Assembly: GCA_963743615.1 (NCBI GenBank)
Contig: CAVUQF010000003.1
Span: 60,999-124,998 of the forward strand
Length of the DNA: 64,000 nucleotides
Direction: 5' to 3'
Source of the DNA: an uncultured Nanoarchaeota archaeon
GTDB lineage: Archaea > Nanobdellota > Nanobdellia > Pacearchaeales > GW2011-AR1
In this document: in pieces, positions 27,515 through 37,608 of the stretch
Position numbering within the stretch: the stretch's first letter is position 1
Layout: each line of letters opens with the position of its first letter
Made by a program: the position numbers and the translations under genes
Notes under the pieces: model-generated
The model's database searches: none
What the model saw: only the letters and a program-made list of their open reading frames with translations
Told to the model about the DNA's origin: nothing

Positions 27515-28191
27515 TTTTCCTTATTTTTTACATCCAATTTTTTAATTGTAATATTGGAACCATCTTGTTTGGAAGATGTTTCATGAACCTTAAAATCTTT
27601 CTTAAATAATTTAATAGCTAATCCAATCATGAAGATAACCGCCCCAATTATAATCATTCTTGTAAACTCGTAATGGGACTGGGAGAAAAACAATGAACCT
27701 ACTGATGAAACTAGTGAATTAGAGAACTTAGACAGTATTTGGTTTATTAACAATAAAGGTAAAGAAGCAATGATGATCAAACTTCCCACTATAAAAAACA
27801 GGTTATATTTTTTCTCTACTAATAATAATACTATGGCTACAATTAGCGCAGAGATAGCTAGAAATATGTAGGTTAGGTTACTCCAGTAGTTATCCGATTT
27901 TTCAGATACTAGAAATGTTGCAGAATAATTGCTAAAACATTTCCAATATGAACAGTTATAATTTGTATAATACCAATTTTTTACAAAGCTACTTATTAAG
28001 GCAGAGTCATTGGTTACCTGTTTAGGCAGATCAAACTGTTGGATTATAACCTGAGAAAGGGAAGGTATTTGATTTTGTATATTACTATATTTTAGGGAAG
28101 AAGATAAATCCCAAGATATTCCTAGAGAAATTAAGGACAAGAGTAATAATATAGTAAATAAGCTCAGAAAGAGTTTTCTTATCATCCTCAC
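27511..28191 (-). CDS. Membrane protein (226 aa)
   Basis: N-terminal signal/TM and C-terminal TM helices. Confidence 0.5.
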   Translation of the reverse strand: MRMIRKLFLSLFTILLLLSLISLGISWDLSSSLKYSNIQNQIPSLSQVIIQQFDLPKQVTNDSALISSFVKNWYYTNYNCSYWKCFSNYSATFLVSEKSDNYWSNLTYIFLAISALIVAIVLLLVEKKYNLFFIVGSLIIIASLPLLLINQILSKFSNSLVSSVGSLFFSQSHYEFTRMIIIGAVIFMIGLAIKLFKKDFKVHETSSKQDGSNITIKKLDVKNKEK

Positions 28192-28217
28192 TCAAATTTA
28201 TTTTAATTTATAAATCA

Positions 28218-29093
28218 TTACATTCTTTCTAGGACTTCAATCCTTTTTTCTATCGGAGGATGTGTAGATCCTAAATTTTTTAATGGACTTGAAAAAAATA
28301 GAGGAGCTATAGCCTTTGAAACTTTTTTCTCAGGTTGGTTTTCTGCTTTAATTTTCTTTAATGCATCAATAAGTCCTCTTGGATATCTTGTGAACTTAAC
28401 TGCAGAAGCATCTGCCGTGTATTCTCTCTTCCTTGAAATTGCTAGTTGAACAAAATACACTGCAATAGGAGCGATTATTGCAAGAACTACTCCAATTAAA
28501 ATAAATAACCCCTCATTCTTTCTATTATTTCCATTTTGGAACCACAAACTTCTGAGAAATATCTGAGATATTATTGAAATCATCCCGATCATTACTGCTG
28601 CTAAAGTCATATATCTTATATCATAATTTGCAATGTGTGACATTTCATGAGCCAGTACTCCTTCAAGTTCTTTTTTTTCAAGTTTATCTAGTGCCCCCTG
28701 TGTTACACAGACAACAGCGTGTTTTGGGTCTCTTCCGGAAGCAAATGCATTTATTTGGGGAGAGTTCATGACATATAATTTCGGCATTGGCAACCCACTT
28801 GCAATTGTCAAGGATTCCACAACGTCATAGAACTGCTTGTGCTTTATTTTGTCTGCTTCTTTTGCGCCAACACTTGAAATCGCTATTTTATCCGAGTGAT
28901 AGTAATTTACTATTATGTAAAATATAGAAAAGATTATTGCAATTATCATGATAAGGAAAAAATAGCTGGGATCAAATGCAAGAGATATGACATATCCAAG
29001 TAAAATCAAAACCGCAAAGACACAGATTATCAAAAGGAAGGATTTTATCTTATTTCTAGATATTTGATCCCTAAAATCAATGTGCTCCGGCAT
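28218..29093 (-). CDS. htpX: Zinc metalloprotease HtpX (M48 family)
   Basis: 'HEMSHIANYD' HExxH motif with flanking TM helices. Confidence 0.85.
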   Translation of the reverse strand: MPEHIDFRDQISRNKIKSFLLIICVFAVLILLGYVISLAFDPSYFFLIMIIAIIFSIFYIIVNYYHSDKIAISSVGAKEADKIKHKQFYDVVESLTIASGLPMPKLYVMNSPQINAFASGRDPKHAVVCVTQGALDKLEKKELEGVLAHEMSHIANYDIRYMTLAAVMIGMISIISQIFLRSLWFQNGNNRKNEGLFILIGVVLAIIAPIAVYFVQLAISRKREYTADASAVKFTRYPRGLIDALKKIKAENQPEKKVSKAIAPLFFSSPLKNLGSTHPPIEKRIEVLERM

Positions 29094-29176
29094 GAGGTAA
29101 AAATCCTATTTTGATTTATTAATCTATTGTATAAATAAATTTAATAAGTTCTTTATCTTGCTTAAATGTAGGTTAT

Positions 29177-29617
29177 ATGGAAATAAAAAGCGTCTTTGAA
29201 GATGGCGAGCAAATTCCAGTTAGATATACTTGTGATGGGGAAGACATTAGTCCTCCTTTAGAATTCTTGAGTGTTCCCTCAAATGCAAGAAGCCTTTTGT
29301 TAATTATTGATGACCCAGATTCTCCTTCAAGAGTCTGGACACACTGGATATTGTGGAATATTAGCCCTGATATGAGAGAAATTGAAGAAGGTACCATCCC
29401 TGAAGGGGCGGAAGAAGGGATCAATGATTTTGGGAATTGTGGATATGGGGGACCGTGTCCTCACTCTGGAACCCATAAATATCAATTTAAACTTTATGCC
29501 TTGGATACTTTAATTAGTCTGTCTCCTGGTTCTACAAAAGGGGAAGTTGAAGAAACGGTAAAAGGGCATATAATTGATAAAGCACTTCTGGTCGGATTGT
29601 ATTCTCGAAACAGCTAG
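29177..29617 (+). CDS. YbhB/YbcL (PEBP/RKIP) family protein
   Basis: 'DPDSPSRVWTHWILWNI' and 'GPCPHSGTHKYQFKLYALD'. Confidence 0.8.
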   Translation: MEIKSVFEDGEQIPVRYTCDGEDISPPLEFLSVPSNARSLLLIIDDPDSPSRVWTHWILWNISPDMREIEEGTIPEGAEEGINDFGNCGYGGPCPHSGTHKYQFKLYALDTLISLSPGSTKGEVEETVKGHIIDKALLVGLYSRNS

Positions 29618-29625
29618 AGTAAGTT

Positions 29626-29636
29626 TTATAAACCAA
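29626..29636 (+). promoter_or_regulatory. TATA-like box (ttttataaacc) about 20 nt upstream of the L41e ATG; implies a leaderless or short-leader transcript
   Basis: AT-rich TATA-like motif at archaeal promoter spacing. Confidence 0.3.
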
Positions 29637-29654
29637 AATTCAAATTCTATTAAC

Positions 29655-29771
29655 ATGAAACGTTCTAGTCGTAGATGGAAGAAAAAGCATCAAATGAGAT
29701 GGAAGTGGCAAAGGAAGAGACTTAGAAAGGAAAAGAGAAAGCGTAGACTGAAGAGAGAGAGAAGTAAGTAA
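29655..29771 (+). CDS. rpl41e: Ribosomal protein L41e (38 aa, extremely basic)
   Basis: Hand translation gives MKRSSRRWKKKHQMRWKWQRKRLRKEKRKRRLKRERSK, which matches the archaeal L41e pattern (MKRRxRKWKKKxRMRWKW.KKR.RRLKR.R). The ORF track instead shows a 65-aa ORF starting upstream. Confidence 0.6.
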   Translation: MKRSSRRWKKKHQMRWKWQRKRLRKEKRKRRLKRERSK

Positions 29772-29849
29772 ACTTTCCATATTTTGGTTTGTTGGGCTAT
29801 AATCTATTCTTAATACAATAATCTTTATAAGTTTCTTTGGAAAAGTTAT

Positions 29850-30815
29850 ATGATGGTTAGCGAAATCTGGACTGAGAAATATAGGCCTGTTAAATTTTCT
29901 GAAATGGTTGGGCAAGATATGGTTGTAAGCAGAGTTGAATCACTTACAAAAACAATGAATATCCCTCATCTTCTTTTTGCGGGGCCTGCGGGAACGGGAA
30001 AGTCAACTTTAGCCCTGATTATTGTCAAGGATTTATTCAAGGAAAACTGGAAGGATAATTATCTTGAGTTGAATGCTTCTGATGAGAGAGGTATAAATGT
30101 TGTAAGGGATAAAGTTAAGAGTTTTGCTAAGACAAAATCAATTGAATCAGTTCCATTCAAAGTGATATTCCTTGATGAAGCCGATGCTCTTACGCCTGAA
30201 GCTCAGCAGGCATTGAGAAGAACTATGGAAAATTATTCATCTACCTGTAGGTTTATTTTGTCATGCAATTATTCCACCAAGATTATTGATCCTATTCAGT
30301 CAAGATGTGCTATTTTTAGATTTAAGCTTCTCGAAAAGAAAGATATAGAGAAAGTTATACAGAAGATTGTTGAAAAAGAGAAGTTTACTATAACTCCAGA
30401 GTGCACAGAGGTTTTGTATGAAGGGAGTGAGGGGGATTGCAGAAGATGCATTAATTTGCTTCAGGCTACGGCAGCAATTTCTCCATCGATAACTATTGAT
30501 CTTGTCTCAACTGTGGTTTCAAATACAAAGCCAAAAGATGTCAAAGTTGTTTTGGATTATGCAATTTCGGGAGATTTTCAGACTGCTAAGGAGAAGCTTT
30601 TTGATATAATGCTTAAAGAATCTGTTTCTGGCCAGGATGTTATTAAGTCGATTCAAAAAGAGATCTGGAGTCTTCCTGTCGAACCTGAGATTAAAGTTAA
30701 GCTTACAGAAAAAACAGGTGATGCGGAATTTAGGATTGTTGAAGGTAGTGATCCTTTCATTCAGCTTCAAGCTCTTCTTGCAAGTTTTGTTCTTGCAGGT
30801 TTGGGAAAGGGGTAA
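29850..30815 (+). CDS. rfcS: Replication factor C small subunit
   Basis: 'FAGPAGTGKST' Walker A, 'DEAD' Walker B, SRC motif 'SRCAIFRF'. Confidence 0.9.
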   Translation: MMVSEIWTEKYRPVKFSEMVGQDMVVSRVESLTKTMNIPHLLFAGPAGTGKSTLALIIVKDLFKENWKDNYLELNASDERGINVVRDKVKSFAKTKSIESVPFKVIFLDEADALTPEAQQALRRTMENYSSTCRFILSCNYSTKIIDPIQSRCAIFRFKLLEKKDIEKVIQKIVEKEKFTITPECTEVLYEGSEGDCRRCINLLQATAAISPSITIDLVSTVVSNTKPKDVKVVLDYAISGDFQTAKEKLFDIMLKESVSGQDVIKSIQKEIWSLPVEPEIKVKLTEKTGDAEFRIVEGSDPFIQLQALLASFVLAGLGKG

Positions 30816-30889
30816 AATGGTACAATTTTCAAGGCTGTATTCTGGAACAATTGAAAAGTTAACTAAACAGGGATGTTGCTCTTACTAAA

Positions 30890-32059
30890 ATGCCTTGGGT
30901 TGAGAGATATAGGCCGAGGAAGTTTTCTGAGATTAAAGGGCAGGAAAATGCAATAGATAAGCTTAAATCTTTTATCAAAAATTTTGGGAAAGGAAAGAAT
31001 GCGATGATTCTTTATGGCCCTCCGGGAACAGGTAAAACAACTCTTGCATATGTTGCTGCAGGCGAAACAAATTCTGAAATTTTCGAATTAAATGCCTCTG
31101 ACTTAAGGAATAAAGATAGATTAAGTGAAGTCCTTAGACCTGCATTGGAACAAAAGTCTCTTAGTAATGATAAAAAAATCATTCTTGTTGATGAAGTTGA
31201 TGGGATATCAAAAGAAGATTGGGGGGGATTACCTGAGCTTACAGATTTAATTGAATCGGCCTCCTGGCCAATTGTATTAACTGCAAATGACATCTGGGAC
31301 AAGAATTTTGCAAAGTTAAGGAAGAGTTGTGAAATTGTGCAACTGAAAGAGATTGATTACAAAACGATAAAGGATGTTTTGATTAATATATTGAAAAAAG
31401 AGAATAAATTACTGGATTTAAACTTACTAACAGGGATTTCTGTAAAAGCTAAAGGTGATTTACGGGCGGCTATAAATGATTTGCAGATTGCTTCAGGGAT
31501 GGAAGATCCATCTAAGATACTTGAAGATGAAAGAAATAAAGAGACAGATATATTTAATGCATTAAGATTAATATTTAAAGAAAAACCAACGGAAAATACT
31601 CTTAAGATTTTTGATTCTGTTAATATGCCTATTGATCAAATCATGCTTTGGATTGAAGAAAATATCCCTACAGAGTACAAAAATGAAGAACTGCAGAAAG
31701 CTTATGACGCTTTGAGCATGGCAGACGTCTTTAAGGGAAGAATATACAAGCAGCAGTACTGGAGATTTCTTGTTTATGAAAATATCTTATTAAGTTATGG
31801 AATTGCGTCTGCTAAGGAGGGGGTAAAAAGAGGATTTACTAGCTACAAGAAACCAGATAGAGTTCTTAAGATTTGGCTTAATAATCAGAAGACTGCTAAG
31901 AAAAAATCAATTGCGCAAAAGTATGCAGAATATGTTCACGTCGGGGAAAAGCGAGCAATGTTTGAGTTTCCTCTCATCAAATTGATACTAAAAAATCCAA
32001 GCATCAGGAAAGAGCTGAAGTTGAATACTGAAGAAGAAGAGTATCTGGATAAACCCTAA
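30890..32059 (+). CDS. rfcL: Replication factor C large subunit
   Basis: '[10 protein letters not shown]' and 'LVDEVDG'; 389 aa. Confidence 0.8.
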   Translation: MPWVERYRPRKFSEIKGQENAIDKLKSFIKNFGKGKNAMILYGPPGTGKTTLAYVAAGETNSEIFELNASDLRNKDRLSEVLRPALEQKSLSNDKKIILVDEVDGISKEDWGGLPELTDLIESASWPIVLTANDIWDKNFAKLRKSCEIVQLKEIDYKTIKDVLINILKKENKLLDLNLLTGISVKAKGDLRAAINDLQIASGMEDPSKILEDERNKETDIFNALRLIFKEKPTENTLKIFDSVNMPIDQIMLWIEENIPTEYKNEELQKAYDALSMADVFKGRIYKQQYWRFLVYENILLSYGIASAKEGVKRGFTSYKKPDRVLKIWLNNQKTAKKKSIAQKYAEYVHVGEKRAMFEFPLIKLILKNPSIRKELKLNTEEEEYLDKP

Positions 32060-32412
32060 TTAAGAGGAATAGCTCCTTCAAGGAGATATTTTCCATCCTC
32101 AGTAGCGTAAATTGGCAGGACTTCATTCTGATATGAAACATATATTTGGTAGACTCCACTCATTTCTGTTACATTCTTGAGTTGTATTGAGCTATTGGTT
32201 TCTGAGTTAAGGAAAGCTATTGCCTTTTGTCCTGCCTGATTTGGCGAAATTTTCTGTGCATTAAACTGACTGACTCCCATTATGGAAAATACTATGAAAA
32301 TTATCGCAACAAGGAGAAGTACTCCCAAGATTAATATAAGAACTATAAGAGGATTTTTTGGAAGCTTTATCTTTACGTATTCTTCACCCATTTTTATCTT
32401 AATCTTATGCAA
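32056..32412 (-). CDS. Membrane-anchored small protein (118 aa)
   Basis: One N-terminal TM helix followed by an extracytoplasmic domain. Confidence 0.45.
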   Translation of the reverse strand: MHKIKIKMGEEYVKIKLPKNPLIVLILILGVLLLVAIIFIVFSIMGVSQFNAQKISPNQAGQKAIAFLNSETNSSIQLKNVTEMSGVYQIYVSYQNEVLPIYATEDGKYLLEGAIPLN

Positions 32413-32467
32413 CTTTAAAAGCTTTTTGTATCAATAATTTTTTATACTTGTTAATGCTTTATTTATT

Positions 32468-33508
32468 ATGGGATTAAATATAAGTGATATAATTCCTAGA
32501 GAAGAGATAGAGATTTCTGATTTAAAAGGAAAGACTCTTTGTGTTGATGCTTTTAATACTTTATACCAATTTTTATCAAGTATCAGACAACCGGATGGGA
32601 CTCCTCTTATGGATAGTAAAGGAAGGATTACAAGTTATTTGTCTGGGATATTTTATAGAAATATAAGTCTGCTTTCAGAAGGGATTAAACTGGTATATGT
32701 TTTTGATGGAAAGCCTCCAGATTTAAAATATAAGACTCATGCAAAGAGAAAAGAGAAAAGAGATATTTCTGAGGAGAGATATGAAGAGGCAAAGCAGGAA
32801 GAAAATATTTCCGATATGAGGAGATATAGTAGCCAGCTTGTTAGGCTTAATAGCGAAATGATTGAAGAGAGCAAAGAGCTGCTGATCGCTATGGGAATTG
32901 CAGTTGTGCAGGCTCCAGGAGAAGGAGAAGCTGAAGCATCATACCTTGCAAGGATAAAAGAGGGTGTTTATGCAAGTGCAAGTCAAGATTATGATAGCTT
33001 ATTATTTGGAACTCCAAGATTAGTAAGAAATCTTACTCTTGCAAGAAAAAGAAAAACTCTTAGAGGGTGGGTTGAAGTAAGTCCGGAGATAATTGATTTA
33101 GAAAAAGTTTTCAATTCTCTTAATCTTAATCTTGATCAGTTAATCTGCCTTGGAATTTTAGTTGGGACAGATTATAACCCTAAAGGAATTCCTGGTATAG
33201 GGCAGAAAAAGGCTCTACAGATCGTTCAGAAGCATAAACAGCCCATTATGATATTCAAAAGCGTTGAGGAGCAACTTAACAATCTTAGTGAGGAAGATAA
33301 ATTTGACTGGAGAGAAATTTTTTCATTATTTCATAAAGCGGATGTTAGTGATGCTAATATCAAATTTAGTAAGCTAAACAAATCGAAGATAAAGAAAATA
33401 CTAGTTGAGGAGCATGATTTTTCTGAGGAGAGAGTAGATAAACAGTTGGAGAGACTGGAAGAAATTGAAGAAAAGAGTAAGCAGAAGGATTTGAAGAAGT
33501 GGTTTTGA
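32468..33508 (+). CDS. fen: Flap endonuclease FEN-1
   Basis: XPG-N/XPG-I motifs 'DAFNTLYQF' and 'APGEGEAEASYL', plus the H3TH region 'LGILVGTDYNPKGIPGIG'. Confidence 0.85.
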   Translation: MGLNISDIIPREEIEISDLKGKTLCVDAFNTLYQFLSSIRQPDGTPLMDSKGRITSYLSGIFYRNISLLSEGIKLVYVFDGKPPDLKYKTHAKRKEKRDISEERYEEAKQEENISDMRRYSSQLVRLNSEMIEESKELLIAMGIAVVQAPGEGEAEASYLARIKEGVYASASQDYDSLLFGTPRLVRNLTLARKRKTLRGWVEVSPEIIDLEKVFNSLNLNLDQLICLGILVGTDYNPKGIPGIGQKKALQIVQKHKQPIMIFKSVEEQLNNLSEEDKFDWREIFSLFHKADVSDANIKFSKLNKSKIKKILVEEHDFSEERVDKQLERLEEIEEKSKQKDLKKWF

Positions 33509-34483
33509 TTACTTTTGGCTTTTTAATCTTTTAATCTCATCTCTTACTCGTACCATCTCCTCGAATATATCTCTTAATTTTGGATCAGTAGGATTTAGTT
33601 TTTGAACATCATTGTAAGAAATTTGAAGTTGATTGTAAGCCTGTATCAGGGAACCCAAACCTGCAGTGGAAGTAATTTGTTTTCGAAGATTTTGTTCTGA
33701 CTGCTGTTCTTGTTGTACCTTCTGATTCTCCTCCGCCATTTTTCTTTGTTCTTGGGCCTTTATAGCTGCTTCTTGTTTTGCATAATCTTCCGCAGCTACT
33801 GCCATTCCTTTTGCTCTTACTTCCTCGTTTCTTTCATCTCTAAGGTATCCTATGTCTTTTCTTTCGATTTTTTTGAGGTTTTGCTCTTGTCTTTCTTTCT
33901 TCTTCAGATTTAGGTTTATGTTAAAAGAAGGTCCTTGTACTTTTAGATCTGGAACTTCTCTTCTTCCTACTACTACTTTTTTTTTAAATAGAAATGCTAT
34001 TAGCCAAATGGCGAGAAGTCCTAGTCCAATATATGTAGCGAGTTCTGTTGAGTAAATTAAGCCGGAGCCTGCTAATCCTAAAAATACTAAACCCAAGATG
34101 AAGAGTGCCCATAACTTAAGTTTTATTAGCAGAAAAATAATGAATGCAACGGCAAGTATCGTTGCAATGGTATAAAGTGTATCATTAGAAATTCCAAATC
34201 CTGAAAATATATTCTGTACATTCGTTGCACTATTTATACCATAAACAATTAGTAATGATACACATATAGAGATTACAGCCGGAACTCCTTTGTTCCCTTT
34301 GAACATTTTGGATGTTGCAAAATATATTATCGCGAAGAATAAAATGAAAAGGACAGATAACAATACTGTGCTTGGGTCTATGGTTGAAAGAAAATCACTC
34401 AAAGAAAAAGTTTGGGCTGAGATGAATCCTATTGAAAATAAGGACATGATAATACCACTGAAAATCAGACCTTTTTTACCCAT
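33509..34483 (-). CDS. Membrane protein with C-terminal coiled-coil region (324 aa)
   Basis: Four N-terminal TM helices and a K/E/Q-rich coiled-coil tail. Confidence 0.5.
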   Translation of the reverse strand: MGKKGLIFSGIIMSLFSIGFISAQTFSLSDFLSTIDPSTVLLSVLFILFFAIIYFATSKMFKGNKGVPAVISICVSLLIVYGINSATNVQNIFSGFGISNDTLYTIATILAVAFIIFLLIKLKLWALFILGLVFLGLAGSGLIYSTELATYIGLGLLAIWLIAFLFKKKVVVGRREVPDLKVQGPSFNINLNLKKKERQEQNLKKIERKDIGYLRDERNEEVRAKGMAVAAEDYAKQEAAIKAQEQRKMAEENQKVQQEQQSEQNLRKQITSTAGLGSLIQAYNQLQISYNDVQKLNPTDPKLRDIFEEMVRVRDEIKRLKSQK

Positions 34484-34564
34484 CTACTAAAATAATCTGC
34501 TGTTTTTATAAATCTTGTCTTTAACGCACAATAGCTTTTTAATAAATGGATTATATACTACGCT

Positions 34565-35350
34565 ATGGTTAATGGTTCATTTGATATTCTTGGAAATATA
34601 GCTATCGCCAAATTTCCGGATAGGACTAAAGTTATTGACAAGAAGTCTTTTGCCAAAGATTTAATCAACAGAAACAAATCAATTAAGACTGTTTTAGAAA
34701 AAACAGGGAAATTCAAAGGTAGATTGAGGAAACAGAAGACAAAATATCTCTTTGGTGAAAGAACAAAAGAGGCTCTATACCATGAAAACGGTTGCGTATT
34801 TAGGTTTAATGTAGACGATGCTTATTTTTCTCCAAGATTAAGTAATGAAAGACTTGAAATTGCAAAGAAAATAAGAAATGGAGATAAAGTACTTGTTATG
34901 TTTGCGGGGGTGGCTCCTTATTCCATTGTTATTGCAAAGCTTTCTAGGGCAAAGGTTGTTTATTCCAATGAGATAAATAAAAGAGCAAATGATTATGCAA
35001 AACTTAATATAAATTTGAATAAGCTTAAGGAGAGAATAGTTCTGGTCTCGGGGGATATAAAAAGAGTTGCAGATAAACTTTTTCATGAAAAGGAATTTTT
35101 CAATGTTATTGTTATGCCTCGCCCACAATTAAAAGACAATTTTTTAAGAGAGGCTTTTATGGTGAGTGTTAAAAATACGATAATCTACTATTATGATTTC
35201 TGTAAGCAGGATGAAATAAGTTCAGTGAAAAATATGATTGAAAGGGAGGCTAAAAAAAATAAGAAAAAGATTAAAATTTTGAATGTCAAAAAAGCAGGTG
35301 AGATTTCCCCTTATAAGTACAGAATAAGAGTTGATTTTAAAGTAGTTTGA
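34565..35350 (+). CDS. Trm5/Taw2 (Met-10+) family tRNA methyltransferase
   Basis: 'FDILGNIAIAKFPD' and the Met-10+ SAM fold 'VLVMFAGVAPYSIVIA'. Confidence 0.65.
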   Translation: MVNGSFDILGNIAIAKFPDRTKVIDKKSFAKDLINRNKSIKTVLEKTGKFKGRLRKQKTKYLFGERTKEALYHENGCVFRFNVDDAYFSPRLSNERLEIAKKIRNGDKVLVMFAGVAPYSIVIAKLSRAKVVYSNEINKRANDYAKLNINLNKLKERIVLVSGDIKRVADKLFHEKEFFNVIVMPRPQLKDNFLREAFMVSVKNTIIYYYDFCKQDEISSVKNMIEREAKKNKKKIKILNVKKAGEISPYKYRIRVDFKVV

Positions 35351-35414
35351 ATGTATTTACTTTATAATAGTAACATTAAGAAAGATTTATAAATCAAATA
35401 ATTCTTCATTTTTT

Positions 35415-35876
35415 ATGAGTAATAATAAGAGTGTTGAACAAAGGGTTCATGAGCTTTATGACAATGTTAGGAATTTGCCTAATCAAGATTCCCCTGATGT
35501 AAATTCTCCAAGGGCTTATTTTAATCTTTTAAGTTCAAAAGTAGGGGATAGAATCTCTTTTGGAAGTCAGGAAGTAAAAGGTAGAGAAAGTTCTTTTAGA
35601 CTGGGAATTTCAGGATCATTTCTATCTTCTGAAAGATTGAGCCCCTCTGAAAGGTTAAGGGCTTATCAAAATTATATACTCCCTTTATATGAAGCCTCGG
35701 GGTTGGAAGGTTTTGCCAAACAAGGTAGTGTTCAGGAGTCTAGGGCATGTAATAACCTTCTTAGTAGTGTAATTTATGTGAATACTGGTGAAACTGAATT
35801 AGTGATAAGAAGCCCAAAGTTTGGATATTTTCCTCTTTTAGGTAATAGAGTTATAGGCAGAATTAGGAGAGTTTAG
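35415..35876 (+). CDS. hypothetical protein (153 aa)
   Basis: Intact ORF convergent with the HerA-like gene. Confidence 0.4.
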   Translation: MSNNKSVEQRVHELYDNVRNLPNQDSPDVNSPRAYFNLLSSKVGDRISFGSQEVKGRESSFRLGISGSFLSSERLSPSERLRAYQNYILPLYEASGLEGFAKQGSVQESRACNNLLSSVIYVNTGETELVIRSPKFGYFPLLGNRVIGRIRRV

Positions 35877-37186
35877 TACAGCCCTTTTTCTGTGCTTATT
35901 GCAGTTGGAGCTTCTCCGCCATGCCAGGTGAATCTTGGACGAACTCTCATAGGATAAATTCTTTCGGAGTTGTCATCTAGAATTATTGCAGAACCTTTCA
36001 ATGATGGTAAGTCGTTCATATATTTGTTTATACTGTCTGTGAGATAGCTTTGCATTATATAACTTAATGCGTCCAAATCTGGTTTTGCAGTAACCCTATG
36101 TGAGATAACAATATCTGATTGAGTCATAACATCTTTATGGATTTGACCTGGTTGTTGTGTTGCCAAAACAAGAGAAACTCCGGGTTGTCTTCCCTCTCTT
36201 AATAACTGTATTAAGGCATCTGTCGCAGCAGTCTTTCCATTAAGCGGGAGGAATTCATGAGCTTCATCAATGAAAATCCAGGTTAAGGGGGTGTCTTTTA
36301 TGCTTGTGGAAGAAAGATAATTTGCTCCTTTTCCTATTGCATCAATTTCTTCTTTTTTTCTAGAGTCCATTCTTTCATTGAAAATTTTCCTGCAGATCAA
36401 ACTGATTACCAGAGCTCTTACATTAAATGTTCCTATAGAATTGTAAACACTCAAATCTAGGATAGATGTTGTTCCTGAAGGAATTAAATCTCTTATCTGA
36501 GTTGCATCTTTTCCTTTTTCAGAAAAGACTCCCCATGTTCGTGCCGCCTCAAATAAGGATATGGCTGCATTTTTAATCTCTTGGGGAGATTTATCATCTT
36601 CTTTAAATTGCTCAATTATATCCCCTACTCCAAATCTCCCTTTAGACTTTAATCCGGTTATTGTTCTTTCAATCAAAACTGAAATTGGATTTATCATATT
36701 AAGCTCAAAAGTTATAATCCAATCCTCTGGATTTAATTCTGTTACGTCAAGAGCAAATCTTTCGTCAACAGGAACCCCTTTTTGCACATAACTATCATAG
36801 TGACCGAAGGGAACAAATACTTTTGCTGGCAGACTTTTTGTTTTGAGTCCCCATTCTTGCAATAAATCCCTATCTTTTTCATTTCTAAATTTCATTGTCC
36901 AGTAAATGCCCATAGTGTCAAAAATTAATGATGCAATATTTTGGTTAATCTCTTTTGGAAGGTTTGTGAGCTCTTCCGCAATTGCCCCTAAAGTATAACT
37001 TTTTCCTGAGCCTCTTTTTCCAGCGACTAGAACAACATGACTTCTTACAACATCCATGAGAATTCTGTTGCTTAGAGAAGTGTACTGTCCCATCTTTACA
37101 AACCCTTTTCCTATAAAAACGAGTCCTCTATCACCAAACTTTTGTTTGTCTGAGGCATCTCTGCCGATTATAATATCGTATGGCAT
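35873..37186 (-). CDS. HerA-like (DUF87/COG0433) P-loop ATPase, short form
   Basis: HAS-barrel-like N-terminus 'IIIGRD...', Walker A 'GKRGSGKSYT', Walker B 'WIFIDEAHEFL', and 'LLREGRQPGVSLVLATQQP'. Confidence 0.65.
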   Translation of the reverse strand: MPYDIIIGRDASDKQKFGDRGLVFIGKGFVKMGQYTSLSNRILMDVVRSHVVLVAGKRGSGKSYTLGAIAEELTNLPKEINQNIASLIFDTMGIYWTMKFRNEKDRDLLQEWGLKTKSLPAKVFVPFGHYDSYVQKGVPVDERFALDVTELNPEDWIITFELNMINPISVLIERTITGLKSKGRFGVGDIIEQFKEDDKSPQEIKNAAISLFEAARTWGVFSEKGKDATQIRDLIPSGTTSILDLSVYNSIGTFNVRALVISLICRKIFNERMDSRKKEEIDAIGKGANYLSSTSIKDTPLTWIFIDEAHEFLPLNGKTAATDALIQLLREGRQPGVSLVLATQQPGQIHKDVMTQSDIVISHRVTAKPDLDALSYIMQSYLTDSINKYMNDLPSLKGSAIILDDNSERIYPMRVRPRFTWHGGEAPTAISTEKGLY

Positions 37187-37253
37187 ATAATAACGAATCG
37201 GTTTTTATTTATCAAACTTTCCTTTTTAGACTTAGAAAAGACGATTTTAAATC

Positions 37254-37529
37254 TTATTCTCTTCTATTTCTTTCTTCTTGGTAAGCTTCTCTCTGCATAT
37301 TTCTAAGACCCTCTAAAATCTCTCTCAATTTAGGGTCTTTGCTTCCACTTAGTTCCACTATATTATCTATACTCATTCCATGAGCTGTTAAGATTTCTGA
37401 TTTTGGTCCGAATCCGTTCACTCTATATCTTCTAAGTTCTCTATTAAATTCTCTATTTGCTAGGACGTGTCCAGGCACTCCGCTATAATCGTCGTTAGTG
37501 CTGTCAATATTATTCGGTAAATCTTCCAT
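37254..37529 (-). CDS. hypothetical small protein (91 aa), upstream of and co-directional with the HerA-like gene
   Basis: Intact ORF ending 68 nt upstream of the ATPase gene. Confidence 0.4.
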   Translation of the reverse strand: MEDLPNNIDSTNDDYSGVPGHVLANREFNRELRRYRVNGFGPKSEILTAHGMSIDNIVELSGSKDPKLREILEGLRNMQREAYQEERNRRE

Positions 37530-37608
37530 GTAATTTAAGGAAATTAATCATTTTTAAGCTTTGTGAACTTTGGCTTAATTTTAAATAATTCTAATATTAT
37601 TCTCCATT

